A DNA stretch of 64,000 bases from Chromatiales bacterium (GTDB taxonomy: Bacteria > Pseudomonadota > Gammaproteobacteria > JAJPIJ01), in assembly GCA_052388435.1 (NCBI GenBank), contig JBQTIC010000003.1, positions 1,565 to 65,564 on the forward strand, read 5' to 3'. Shown piece by piece: positions 18,081-27,422 of this stretch (the stretch's first letter is position 1; each line of letters starts with the position of its first letter). The translations under genes were made by a program, and so were the position numbers. Under the pieces are notes generated by a model that saw only the letters and a program-made list of their open reading frames with translations, was not told the origin of the DNA and did no database searches.

Positions 18081-18530
18081 ATGAAGACGCGGCATAAACG
18101 GGCACTGCTCATCGCATCGGCGCTGGGGCTCATCGCGATCGCGGCGGCACTGGTGCTGACGGCATTCCGCAGCAACCTCGTCTTCTTTTTCACCCCGTCA
18201 CAGGTGGTGGCGAAGGAGGCACCTGTGGGCAAGCCGTTCCGGATCGGGGGGATCGTCGTCGAGGGAAGCCTGCAGCGATCCGACGACGGACTGACTGTTC
18301 ACTTTACCGTCACCGACACTGCCACTTCGGTGCCCGTCGTCTACACCGGCATCCTCCCCGATCTGTTCCGGGAGGGTAAGGGCGTGGTGGCGCAGGGGAG
18401 GTTGGGAACGGACGGCGTATTCCACGCCGCCGAGGTCCTGGCCAAGCACGACGAGAACTACATGCCGCCGGAGGCCGCGCTTGCCGTCGAGCAGGCACAT
18501 CAAGCGCAAAAGACGCTGCAGACGAACTGA
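18081..18530 (+). CDS. ccmE: cytochrome c-type biogenesis heme chaperone CcmE
   Basis: Aligns to E. coli CcmE (LRSNIDLFYTP..., [12 protein letters not shown]). Confidence 0.9.
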   Translation: MKTRHKRALLIASALGLIAIAAALVLTAFRSNLVFFFTPSQVVAKEAPVGKPFRIGGIVVEGSLQRSDDGLTVHFTVTDTATSVPVVYTGILPDLFREGKGVVAQGRLGTDGVFHAAEVLAKHDENYMPPEAALAVEQAHQAQKTLQTN

Positions 18531-18540
18531 CGCTGCCCGC

Positions 18541-20520
18541 ATGGTTCCCGAGATCGGACAGTTTGCCCTAATCCTCGCGCTCATCCTGGCCGCAGCGCAG
18601 GCAACGCTGCCGCTCATCGGCGCGCATAAGGGGGTCGCGCGCTGGATGGACCTCGCCCGGCCGCTAGCGCATGGGCTAGCCGTGTTCGTGGCGCTCGCTT
18701 TCGGCTGCCTTGCCTGGTCGTTTATGCAGAACGATTTCTCTGTGCTCAACGTCGCCAGCAACTCCCATTCACGGCTGCCTGCGTATTACCGCTTCGCGGC
18801 TACCTGGGGCTCGCACGAGGGATCGCTGCTGCTGTGGGTGCTAATGCTCAGCGTCTGGATGGTAGCGGTGGCCCTCTTCAGCCGGGCGCTGCCGCGCGAG
18901 CTGCTCGCACGCGTACTTGGCGTGATGGGCTTGGTGAGCGTGGGCTTCCTGCTGTTCATGCTGCTGACTTCCAATCCCTTCGAGCGCCTGCTGCCCGCGG
19001 CGGCAGAGGGACGCGACCTCAATCCGCTGCTGCAGGATCCGGGCATGGTGGTCCACCCGCCGATGCTATACATGGGCTACGTGGGCCTCTCGGTCGCGTT
19101 CGCCTTTGCCATCGCCGCCCTGCTCGGCGGCAGGCTCGACACCACGTGGGCGCGGTGGTCACGGCCGTGGACAACGGCCGCGTGGTGTTTTCTCACCCTC
19201 GGCATCATGATTGGCAGCTGGTGGGCCTACTATGAACTCGGCTGGGGCGGCTGGTGGTTCTGGGACCCGGTGGAGAACGCCTCCTTCATGCCCTGGCTCG
19301 CCGCCACGGCGCTCGTGCATTCGCTCGCGGTGACCGAGAAACGCGGCAGCTTCAAGCGCTGGACACTGCTGCTGGCGATCTGCGCCTTCTCACTGTCGCT
19401 GCTCGGAACGTTCCTCGTGCGCTCCGGAGTGCTCACCTCGGTACATGCCTTCGCCACGGATCCCGCGCGCGGTATCTTCATCCTCGCCTTCCTCACCCTC
19501 GTTATCGGCGGGGCGCTCACGCTGTTCGCCTTGCGTGCGCCGCAGGTCGGCGGCGGCGGCCGCTTCGACATCGTCTCGCGCGAGTCGATGCTGCTCGCGA
19601 ACAACGTGCTGCTGCTCGTCGCGGCCGCCTCGGTGCTGCTCGGTACCCTGTACCCGCTCTTTATCGAGGTGCTGAGCGGCGGCAGCACCAAGATCTCGGT
19701 GGGCCCGCCGTATTTCGAAGCCGTGTTCGTGCCGATCATGACGCCGCTCGTGTTCCTGATGGGCGTCGGCCCGCTGGCGCGCTGGAAGGGAGAGTCGCTG
19801 CCGGGGCTGTGGACACTGCTGCGGTGGGCGCTCGCTGTCAGTGTGCTGACAGCGCTGGTGCTGCCGCTCGTCGCCGGCAAGGGATCGTCCTTTGTGAGCT
19901 TCGGTCTGCTGCTCGCCATCTGGATCACGGCGGCCACGCTCCTCAGCGCACGCGAGCGGATACGCAACGGCGCCGGCGCGTTGCTCGCGCGCCTCGGCAG
20001 CCAGCCCCGTGCCTGGTGGGGCATGACCTTCGCGCATCTGGGTGTGGCAGTGTTCATCGCAGGGGTCACACTGGTGCGCGGCTACGAGACTGAGCGCGAC
20101 GTGCGCATGGATGTCGGCGATACGTTGAGCGTCGCCGGTTACACGTTCCGTTTCGGCGGCACGCGCGAGGTCACCGGTTCCAACTACCGCGCCGAACGCG
20201 GCACCGTGACCGTCAGTCGTGACGGCCGGGAGATCGGCACAATGCATCCGGAGAAGCGCGTCTACACCGCGCAGCAGATGGCGTTAACCGAGGCTGCGAT
20301 CGACTCCGGCCTGCTTGGCGATCTCTACGTGTCGCTCGGCGAGCCGGTCGGCGACGGCGCCTGGAGCGTGCGCATCTACCACAAGCCTTTCGTCACCTGG
20401 ATCTGGTCTGGCTGTATCCTGATGGCGCTCGGCGGTGCCATCGCACTGGCGGACCGACGCTACCGCATACGCGTCGCGCGGGAACGCGAAGCCGGCGCGC
20501 TCCCCGCGCCGGCCGCTTGA
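18541..20520 (+). CDS. ccmF: cytochrome c-type biogenesis protein CcmF (heme lyase component)
   Basis: About 660 aa polytopic membrane protein with the WWD domain. The start is taken at MVPEIGQF, just after the ccmE stop. Confidence 0.9.
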   Translation: MVPEIGQFALILALILAAAQATLPLIGAHKGVARWMDLARPLAHGLAVFVALAFGCLAWSFMQNDFSVLNVASNSHSRLPAYYRFAATWGSHEGSLLLWVLMLSVWMVAVALFSRALPRELLARVLGVMGLVSVGFLLFMLLTSNPFERLLPAAAEGRDLNPLLQDPGMVVHPPMLYMGYVGLSVAFAFAIAALLGGRLDTTWARWSRPWTTAAWCFLTLGIMIGSWWAYYELGWGGWWFWDPVENASFMPWLAATALVHSLAVTEKRGSFKRWTLLLAICAFSLSLLGTFLVRSGVLTSVHAFATDPARGIFILAFLTLVIGGALTLFALRAPQVGGGGRFDIVSRESMLLANNVLLLVAAASVLLGTLYPLFIEVLSGGSTKISVGPPYFEAVFVPIMTPLVFLMGVGPLARWKGESLPGLWTLLRWALAVSVLTALVLPLVAGKGSSFVSFGLLLAIWITAATLLSARERIRNGAGALLARLGSQPRAWWGMTFAHLGVAVFIAGVTLVRGYETERDVRMDVGDTLSVAGYTFRFGGTREVTGSNYRAERGTVTVSRDGREIGTMHPEKRVYTAQQMALTEAAIDSGLLGDLYVSLGEPVGDGAWSVRIYHKPFVTWIWSGCILMALGGAIALADRRYRIRVAREREAGALPAPAA

Positions 20521-20538
20521 AGCCCGCGGCAGGACATC

Positions 20539-21063
20539 ATGAACCGTTTCCTGCTGCCCGGCGTGTTCGTGGTCCTGGTGGCCTTTCTGTTCATCGGCCT
20601 CCAACTCAATCCGCGCCAAGTGCCCTCCCCGCTCATCGGCAAGGCCGCTCCCGCGTTCCAGCTCGCGCAACTGTATGCGCCGGAGCGCTCCTTCTCGCCA
20701 CGCGATATGCTCGGGGAGGTCTGGCTGCTCAACGTGTGGGCGTCGTGGTGCGTTTCCTGCCGCGACGAACACCCGCTGCTCGTCGAGTTCGCGCGGGCAA
20801 ACACGGTGGCACTCGTCGGCCTGAACTACAAGGACGAGCCGGAGGACGCGCAGGCGTGGCTGGCGCGCTTCGGCGATCCCTACCGCCTCTCGCTCACCGA
20901 CCTTGATGGGCGGGTGGGGATCGACTTCGGCGTCTACGGTGTGCCGGAGACTTTCGTGATCGACAAGGCCGGCGTGATCCGCTACAAGCACGTCGGGCCG
21001 CTCACGGCAGCGGCCTTGGCGGAGACGATCCTGCCGTTGGTGCGGGAGCTGCAAAAGGGATGA
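20539..21063 (+). CDS. ccmG: thiol:disulfide interchange protein CcmG/DsbE
   Basis: Thioredoxin fold with a WCxxC active site (WASWCVSCRDEHP). Confidence 0.9.
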   Translation: MNRFLLPGVFVVLVAFLFIGLQLNPRQVPSPLIGKAAPAFQLAQLYAPERSFSPRDMLGEVWLLNVWASWCVSCRDEHPLLVEFARANTVALVGLNYKDEPEDAQAWLARFGDPYRLSLTDLDGRVGIDFGVYGVPETFVIDKAGVIRYKHVGPLTAAALAETILPLVRELQKG

Positions 21064-21539
21064 CGCGCGTCGCCGTGCTGCTGCTGCTGCTGCTGATGAT
21101 GCCATCCATGGGATCGACAAGGGATGCCGTGCCGACGTCCGAGGACCCGCTCGCGGCGGCGCGTGCCGTGCGGATCGAGAAGAAGCTGCGCTGTCTGGTC
21201 TGCCAGAATCAGTCTATCGCCGAGTCCAATGCCGACTTGGCCGTGGATCTGCGTCGCGAGATCCACACCCAGATCGCGGCCGGCAGGAGCGATGGGGAGA
21301 TCATCGCTTTCATGGTCCAGCGCTACGGCGACTTCATCCTGTACCGGCCACCGTTCAAGCCGGCGACTGTGCTGCTCTGGCTGGGACCGGCACTGCTGTT
21401 CGCACTCGGCGTGTGGGTACTCCGGCGTGCGCTGCGCGCGCAGTCGCGGGCGACGGCAACCTCCCCGCTGTCGGCAGAGGAGCATGCTCTCGCCGAGCGT
21501 CTGCTCGCCGATGAGACTAACCGGGAGGGAAAATGGTGA
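21060..21539 (+). CDS. ccmH: cytochrome c-type biogenesis protein CcmH
   Basis: LRCxxCQNQ motif and the SNADLAVDLRREI...RYGDFILYRPP signature. Confidence 0.85.
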   Translation: MTRVAVLLLLLLMMPSMGSTRDAVPTSEDPLAAARAVRIEKKLRCLVCQNQSIAESNADLAVDLRREIHTQIAAGRSDGEIIAFMVQRYGDFILYRPPFKPATVLLWLGPALLFALGVWVLRRALRAQSRATATSPLSAEEHALAERLLADETNREGKW

Positions 21540-22747
21540 GTTTCATGCTGGTCGCAGCGGCGATGGTCGCCGCGACCGTCGCCGTGGTGGCGGTGCCGCT
21601 GCTGCGCTCACGCAGCGATGCCGCTGTCGATCGCACGCGCTCCAATCTCGCCCTCCTGCGGGATCAGCTGGCGGATCTCGACGCGGACCTCGCGCGCGGT
21701 GTGCTCTCCCCGGAACACTACCGCGACGCCAGGGAGGATCTGGAACGCCGCGTGCTCGATGAAGCGAACCGCGACACCGGAACGAGCACTATCGCGGCGC
21801 GTGGCTCACTGTGGATGGCGGCCATCCTTGCCGCGCTCATCCCCGCGGTCGCGGTGCTGTTGTATGTCGGCGTCGGCAACCCCGGCGCGCTGGTGGCAAA
21901 GGTGCAAGCACCGGCCGGCGGCGCACGAGAGGTCAGCACGGAGCAGTTGGAGCAACTGGTCAGCGAACTCGCGGCCCGTCTGGAGCGCAAGCCCGATGAC
22001 GTCGAGGGCTGGGAGATCCTGGCGAGGTCCTACCGCGCCATGCGCCGATTCGATGATGCTGCAAAGGCCTACGAGCGCGCAGTGCGTCTAGCGCCCAGCG
22101 ACCCCAACCTGCTCGCCGGTTACGCCGATGTGCTCGCCATGCGGCAGGAGGGTCGACTGTCCGGCAGACCGATCGAACTCATCGAGCGCGCGCTCGCCAT
22201 CGATCCGGATCACTTGAAGACGCTGGCGCTGGCTGGGCGTGAGGCCTTCGACCGTCAGGATTACACCGCCGCCATCGGCTACTGGGAGCAGCTCAGGACG
22301 AGGACGCCACCTGACTCCTCGGTCGTGCCAGCAATCGAAGCCGGCATTGCCGCGGCGCGCGCAAGGATCGGAAACGCCGGCAACGTGACGACACCGGCGG
22401 CGCCCGCCCGGGTGTCGGGAGTGATCACGTTGAGCCCCGACCTGACTGCCAGAGCTGCGCCCGGAGACACCGTATACGTCTTTGCACGCGCCGTCGGAGG
22501 GCCACCGCTGCCGCTCGCTGTCCTGCGCAAGCAGGTGAAGGACTTGCCGCTCCTCTTCACGCTCAATGACACCATGGCGATGACGCCGGACATGAAGCTC
22601 TCGCGCTTCGCGGAAGTCGTCGTCGGGGCGCGCGTATCCAAATCGGGCGCGGCTACTCCTCAGAGCGGCGATCTGCAGGGCATCTCCACGCCCGTGAAGG
22701 TCGGTGCATCCGATGTCGCCGTAGTCGTCAATCGCGTGCTGCCCTGA
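21533..22747 (+). CDS. ccmI: cytochrome c-type biogenesis protein CcmI/CycH (TPR repeats)
   Basis: N-terminal TM segments followed by a TPR-like region. It is the last gene of the ccm operon. Confidence 0.7.
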   Translation: MVSFMLVAAAMVAATVAVVAVPLLRSRSDAAVDRTRSNLALLRDQLADLDADLARGVLSPEHYRDAREDLERRVLDEANRDTGTSTIAARGSLWMAAILAALIPAVAVLLYVGVGNPGALVAKVQAPAGGAREVSTEQLEQLVSELAARLERKPDDVEGWEILARSYRAMRRFDDAAKAYERAVRLAPSDPNLLAGYADVLAMRQEGRLSGRPIELIERALAIDPDHLKTLALAGREAFDRQDYTAAIGYWEQLRTRTPPDSSVVPAIEAGIAAARARIGNAGNVTTPAAPARVSGVITLSPDLTARAAPGDTVYVFARAVGGPPLPLAVLRKQVKDLPLLFTLNDTMAMTPDMKLSRFAEVVVGARVSKSGAATPQSGDLQGISTPVKVGASDVAVVVNRVLP

Positions 22748-22785
22748 GTACTGCGCGCGGACATGCGGCCTGCGCCGCTGGCGCC

Positions 22786-23232
22786 TTAGCGAACCTCAAG
22801 CTTCCCGATCATTCCCTTATCGCGATGGCTCGGGAGGAAGGCGAGCTTCTTGTCGCAATAGAAGTCGAACATGCCGGCCTTGGTCGGCGTGAACTGGACC
22901 GTGGCCATTTCGCCCGGCTTGACCTTTTTCGTCACATACAGACCTGCTGCGGCGCTGTCGAGCTTGAAGCTGTGAGGCGCCAGGCTGGCGATGTTCTTCA
23001 GCGTGAGTTCCACCGGCTTGCCCGATTGCACCACGATGTGTGCAGGCGTAAAGGTGTAGCTCTCCAGCGTCACCAACAGCCGCTGCACACCATCCGCCCC
23101 CGTTTCCGCCGTGACAGCCGCGCCGCCAGCGGGCTGCGACTCTTGCGCGCGCGCGCTGGCCATGCTGAAAAACAGTAGTGCAAGCAGGATTCGAGCTCCG
23201 GCCTTGGAGAGTACGTCACGCTGGTACTGCAT
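22786..23232 (-). CDS. secreted cupredoxin-like (type 1 copper) protein
   Basis: Signal peptide (ARILLALLFFSMASARAQE). Candidate Cu ligands are His (PHSF), Cys (FYCDKK), His (PSHRD) and Met (KGMIG) in the C-terminal beta-sandwich region. It is the last gene on the same strand as the PKS operon. Confidence 0.5.
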   Translation of the reverse strand: MQYQRDVLSKAGARILLALLFFSMASARAQESQPAGGAAVTAETGADGVQRLLVTLESYTFTPAHIVVQSGKPVELTLKNIASLAPHSFKLDSAAAGLYVTKKVKPGEMATVQFTPTKAGMFDFYCDKKLAFLPSHRDKGMIGKLEVR

Positions 23233-23274
23233 GGTCACCTCCGCACAAAAGGGTGTCACGTACGTTCTTACATT

Positions 23275-24504
23275 CTAGAGCACCGCCGGCACAGTGGTTG
23301 TCTTGCCACTGGCACGTGCGCACCAGTTCAGTAACGGCGGTTGGCGCACGAGCAGCGCGGCCGACAGGCGAGCCAACGTCGGCCGCATGGCCAGTTGCGC
23401 ATAGAGTTCAGCTTGGCGCAGGCGCGGCAGGAACTGTCGCCGCCACAGGCATGTGTATTGGTGGGCGATCCGCGCGACATTGATGCGTCCTGCCTGATCG
23501 CGGGCTGCGATCAGCAGTTGCGCCAGCGTCCACGCCCCCTGCATCGCCATGCTGATCCCCTCGGCGATTATCGGATGCGCCTCACCGGCGCAATTGCCAA
23601 CTGTGAGCACGCCGTGCCGGCAGAGCCCGCGTGCACCCGGCCGGATCGGTCCCACCGACAGCCATTCGCCGCTTCGGTGAGCGCCGTCGAGCGTGTGCCG
23701 CGCCCCCCGGCAGTGCTCGAGGATGTGCGCCAGCACCGCCTCGCCGGCGCGCTGCGGGACGCCCGCGCGCCGATCCTGCAGCGTATCGCGCCGAATGCAA
23801 CAGGACAGGCTCACCTGTCCGCCGCTGCTGTGAACCAGACCGCCGTAACCCCCGGGAAAGGCAAGCAGCAGCATGGTATCCGCCGGCAGGTCACAGTCGC
23901 GAAAATGGGCCTTGAAGGCGAGGAGATCCCCCCGGGTGGCTTCAGCACGCGGCGGATTCGTCGACACCCCGCCCTGCTCCCAGGAACCATTGGCAGCAAT
24001 GACCACTCGCGCGCGCAAGCGGTAGCGTGCCTGGCGGGGTGAGACCGCCTCGCAGAGGAAGGCGTCATTCTCGCCGACGACGGCCAGAGCACGGCAGGGT
24101 TGGATGATTTCCGCCCCTGCACGACGCGCTCCATCGAGCAGCATGGTGTCCAGCCACTCCCGGGCCAACGCACGCCCCCACACTGCGCCGGGCCCGGCCG
24201 CCACAGGGGCGACTGTCACCGCTTCGTAGGCCTGTATGCCGATCCGCCGCACGGGCGGGCCGGCCAGATCGAGAAAGGCGTTCTCATGACCCAGCGCGCG
24301 CAGCAACGGCAGAGTCGCCGCCGAGACGAATTCGCCGCACACCTTGCGGCGCGGGAACAACGCCTTCTCCAGCACGAGCACTGACCAGCCGGACCGAGCC
24401 AGCAGCGTGGCCAGCGTGGCCCCCGCCGGCCCGCCACCGATGAGGAGAGCGTCAGCGTCCGCGTGCATGATGGCCACCACTGCGTCGTTGCGCCAGGAAG
24501 ACAT
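23275..24504 (-). CDS. FAD-dependent oxidoreductase / flavoprotein monooxygenase (SrsC-like)
   Basis: N-terminal Rossmann fold (LLIGGGPAGATLATLLARSGWSVLVLEK) with a PRRKVCGE motif. It is third in a type III PKS / methyltransferase / flavoprotein operon. Confidence 0.7.
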   Translation of the reverse strand: MSSWRNDAVVAIMHADADALLIGGGPAGATLATLLARSGWSVLVLEKALFPRRKVCGEFVSAATLPLLRALGHENAFLDLAGPPVRRIGIQAYEAVTVAPVAAGPGAVWGRALAREWLDTMLLDGARRAGAEIIQPCRALAVVGENDAFLCEAVSPRQARYRLRARVVIAANGSWEQGGVSTNPPRAEATRGDLLAFKAHFRDCDLPADTMLLLAFPGGYGGLVHSSGGQVSLSCCIRRDTLQDRRAGVPQRAGEAVLAHILEHCRGARHTLDGAHRSGEWLSVGPIRPGARGLCRHGVLTVGNCAGEAHPIIAEGISMAMQGAWTLAQLLIAARDQAGRINVARIAHQYTCLWRRQFLPRLRQAELYAQLAMRPTLARLSAALLVRQPPLLNWCARASGKTTTVPAVL

Positions 24505-25183
24505 GACTGAACAGGCCCGCAGGCCATTCGCTTACAATCCACCCCCCGCCGGCTGGCCAGAGTTGCGAAAGCTCGCTGCCAGCGAATCCTGCGCGGACGC
24601 TTGCGACGGCATCGTGACGAGTGACGCTGTTACAGCCGAGCAGGAAGAGCAGGTGACTCGACGCCAGGGCAAAGCGCGTTCGCCGCGGTTCGCACGCAAG
24701 GAAAGTCGTCGCCCGATCAGCCACGTGCTGAAACATGTCCGCCAGCCGGTGGTCCTCGAAGTGATGGAGGAATAGATTCGCCATCACCAGATCGACCTCC
24801 TCCTGGGCGGCACGCGCCAGCCATTCAAAGACATCTGCCACCGTCACTTCGGTTTGCCAGCCGAGTGCCTGTAGAGTTTCCAGCGTTCGTGTGTCGACAA
24901 CGCAAGATCGATCCACCAGTGTCAGGTGCACGCCCTGCCAGAGATTGTGCCAGCGCCGCGCGACGCGAAGTATCATGGCCCCGTCGCCGGCACCAAGGTC
25001 GACGATGCGCCGCGGCGACAGCGACGGCTGCAGGCGTCCCAGCGCCCGCGAGAGGATCGCCGCGTTCCCCATGAGCGCATTCACCCTGCGCAGGTCGCGC
25101 CGCGCGGAACGCGCTTGCGCTGCCTCCGGTGCCAGGCTGTCCAGAATTTCCGGCTCGATGTGGCGCGTCAGAGGCACAGGCAT
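24452..25183 (-). CDS. class I SAM-dependent methyltransferase (SrsB-like)
   Basis: SAM-binding motif I (VDLGAGDG). It is tightly linked to the upstream PKS gene, with a 13-nt gap, and overlaps the downstream flavoprotein gene. Confidence 0.7.
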   Translation of the reverse strand: MPVPLTRHIEPEILDSLAPEAAQARSARRDLRRVNALMGNAAILSRALGRLQPSLSPRRIVDLGAGDGAMILRVARRWHNLWQGVHLTLVDRSCVVDTRTLETLQALGWQTEVTVADVFEWLARAAQEEVDLVMANLFLHHFEDHRLADMFQHVADRATTFLACEPRRTRFALASSHLLFLLGCNSVTRHDAVASVRAGFAGSELSQLWPAGGGWIVSEWPAGLFSHVFLAQRRSGGHHARGR

Positions 25184-25198
25184 CGACCACGAGACGCT

Positions 25199-26278
25199 TC
25201 AGGCATCGACCCGCAGCAGCGCACCGTGGCTGGCGAACCCCGCGCCGAATGATGACATCCACCACCAGCCACCCGGGGCGCCGCCCTGCAGGGCATGCTG
25301 CAGCACGAAGAGCACGCTGGCGCTGCTTACGTTACCATACTCGCTCAAGACCTCGCGGCTCCAACGCGTCGCCTCGTCGTCCAGCCGCAATCGCTCGGCG
25401 AGCGCGCGCAGTACGTCGCGCCCGCCGGCGTGCCAAAGCCAGGTGCTCACCGAACGACGGTCCAGCTCGCGCTCGGCGAGCACACCCTGGAGCACGATCT
25501 CGGCGTATTCGGCGGCCAGTTGCGGCACCGGCGGGGTGAGTACATTGCGCAGCATTCCGCGGCGGTGCTCAAATCGCAGCAGTTCGCGACGCGCGGGGTC
25601 AACCTGCGAGCCGTAACCCGTCCACTCGATCCGGCGACGTGCAGGCTGCGGCGCCGAACTCAGCACCACGGCCGCCGCACCGTCACCGAACAGACACGCG
25701 CTGATGAGCACGCCCGGATCGTTGTCGAGGAAAAAGGCCGCGCTGCATATCTCCACACAGATCGACAGCACGCGTTCACATTGTCTGCTGTGCAATAAAG
25801 CGGCGGCGGTAGACATATTGGGCAACGCGGCGCTACACCCGTGCCCGACCAGATCCAGAGCGCAGACATCGGTGCGTAAACCCAGGTGCTCGATCGCGTA
25901 AGACGACAGGCCCGGGCACAGATATCCGGTACACGTGCTAACGATAACCGCATCGATTTCAGACACCGCCACAGCCGCATCATTGAGCGCGTTCCTCGCC
26001 GCGCGTGCTGCCAGCGCTGGAGCGTGGCGCTGGAATCGCCGGTGCATGGCGTCCGGGGTCATGTCATCGACCTGGGCAAGTGTCTCCAGCGCGAGGTGCC
26101 GCGTGCGGATCCCGTTGTCGCCGTTCAGGACCTTGCGCAAGATCGCCTGGGAGCGCGGACTGAGCGACGCGTGCACCGGTGTTGCCGCGAGCGCCTGCCA
26201 GCACTCGGCCTGCGTGTAGCGGCGCGAGGGCGTTGCGATGCCCAGCCCGTTTACAAACATCGAGTTCCCGTGCGCCAA
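25199..26278 (-). CDS. type III polyketide synthase (chalcone/stilbene synthase family; alkylresorcinol-type, SrsA-like)
   Basis: Thiolase fold with a candidate Cys (VSTCTGYLCPGL), His (WHAGGRDVL) and Asn (EYGNVSSASVLFVL) catalytic triad. Confidence 0.8.
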   Translation of the reverse strand: MAHGNSMFVNGLGIATPSRRYTQAECWQALAATPVHASLSPRSQAILRKVLNGDNGIRTRHLALETLAQVDDMTPDAMHRRFQRHAPALAARAARNALNDAAVAVSEIDAVIVSTCTGYLCPGLSSYAIEHLGLRTDVCALDLVGHGCSAALPNMSTAAALLHSRQCERVLSICVEICSAAFFLDNDPGVLISACLFGDGAAAVVLSSAPQPARRRIEWTGYGSQVDPARRELLRFEHRRGMLRNVLTPPVPQLAAEYAEIVLQGVLAERELDRRSVSTWLWHAGGRDVLRALAERLRLDDEATRWSREVLSEYGNVSSASVLFVLQHALQGGAPGGWWWMSSFGAGFASHGALLRVDA

Positions 26279-26579
26279 CCTGCAGCACGGGAGCTAGCGA
26301 GCTGCCAACTGGCGAAATGCAGCGGGCGGAATTCGCATATGAACAACGACCGTGCGGCAATGGTGAGGCAAAAACAATTCGACCGGACTTGGTGGCATTG
26401 GTTCAGGGTGCGTAACACGGGGACGGGACGGCCGCCGACTCGCGAATGCATGTCTAAGCCTAGAATGCCGTCGCGCAGGTTCAGCACCTACATCCATTAA
26501 GAATGGTTGTACTGTACTTCGGCGGCGGGCACCCCGCGTAAGCTGACAGACACAGCCCACGGCAGCGCCAGTTCGTGAG

Positions 26580-27422
26580 CTATTCGTTGGTAGCGATGGC
26601 CTTCTGGATGTCGCGCTGACGCTGGCGCTCCTGCCTGCTCATCACCACTCCGGCGACGAACACGGCCAGCGTCACTGCGGCGATGAGTATCGTCGCCAGC
26701 GCGTTGATCTCCGGGCTGACGCCGAGACGCACCTTGGAAAAGATGACCATCGGCAGCGTGGTTGAGCCTGGTCCGGAGGTGAAGCTCGCGATCACCAGAT
26801 CGTCCAGCGACAACGTGAATGCCAGCAGCCATCCGGCAATAAGCGCCGGAGCGATGATCGGAAGGGTGATGACGAAGAACACCTTGGCCGGCTCGGCGCC
26901 GAGATCCATCGCCGCTTCCTCGAGGGAGGTGTCCATCTGACTCAAACGCGACTGCACGATCACTGCGACATAGGCCATTGAAAAGGTGGTATGCGCAATG
27001 GTGATGGTGGTGACGCCACGGCCCTGCGGCCAGCCGATCCATTGCTCCAACGACACGAACAACAGCAGCAGTGACAAACCCGTGATCACCTCCGGCATGA
27101 CCAGCGGCGCCGTCGCCATCCCGGAGAACAACGCGCGTCCGCGGAACTTGCCGAAGCGGGTCAGCACCAGCGCCACCATCGTCCCGAGGATAACTGCCAA
27201 CGTCGCGTTCATGATCGCGATCTTCACGCTCAGCCATGCCGCGTCGAGGATCTGTGTGTTGGCGAGGAGCGAAGCATACCACTTGGTCGAGAACCCGCCC
27301 CACACCGTCACCAGCTTCGACTTGTTGAACGAGAAGACGATGAGCGAGAAGATCGGTACATAGAGGAAGGCAAACCCGAAGATAACGCAGCCCAGAAGAA
27401 ATATGGACCGACGTTGGTTCAT
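26580..27422 (-). CDS. polyamine ABC transporter permease (PotI/SpuH-like)
   Basis: PotC/PotI-family six-TM permease with an EAA-like loop. Confidence 0.85.
   Translation of the reverse strand: MNQRRSIFLLGCVIFGFAFLYVPIFSLIVFSFNKSKLVTVWGGFSTKWYASLLANTQILDAAWLSVKIAIMNATLAVILGTMVALVLTRFGKFRGRALFSGMATAPLVMPEVITGLSLLLLFVSLEQWIGWPQGRGVTTITIAHTTFSMAYVAVIVQSRLSQMDTSLEEAAMDLGAEPAKVFFVITLPIIAPALIAGWLLAFTLSLDDLVIASFTSGPGSTTLPMVIFSKVRLGVSPEINALATILIAAVTLAVFVAGVVMSRQERQRQRDIQKAIATNE

Noticed and set aside
18786-20247. Cluster of 279-285-aa ORFs on both strands inside ccmF
   Set aside because: ccmF aligns along its full length to known CcmF. The alternatives are Arg/Ala-rich GC artefacts.
22747-22786. 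Possible bidirectional terminator between convergent ccmI and the cupredoxin gene
   Set aside because: Only a weak 5-bp GC stem (GCGGC...GCCGC) with no U-run. Not supportable as a terminator call.
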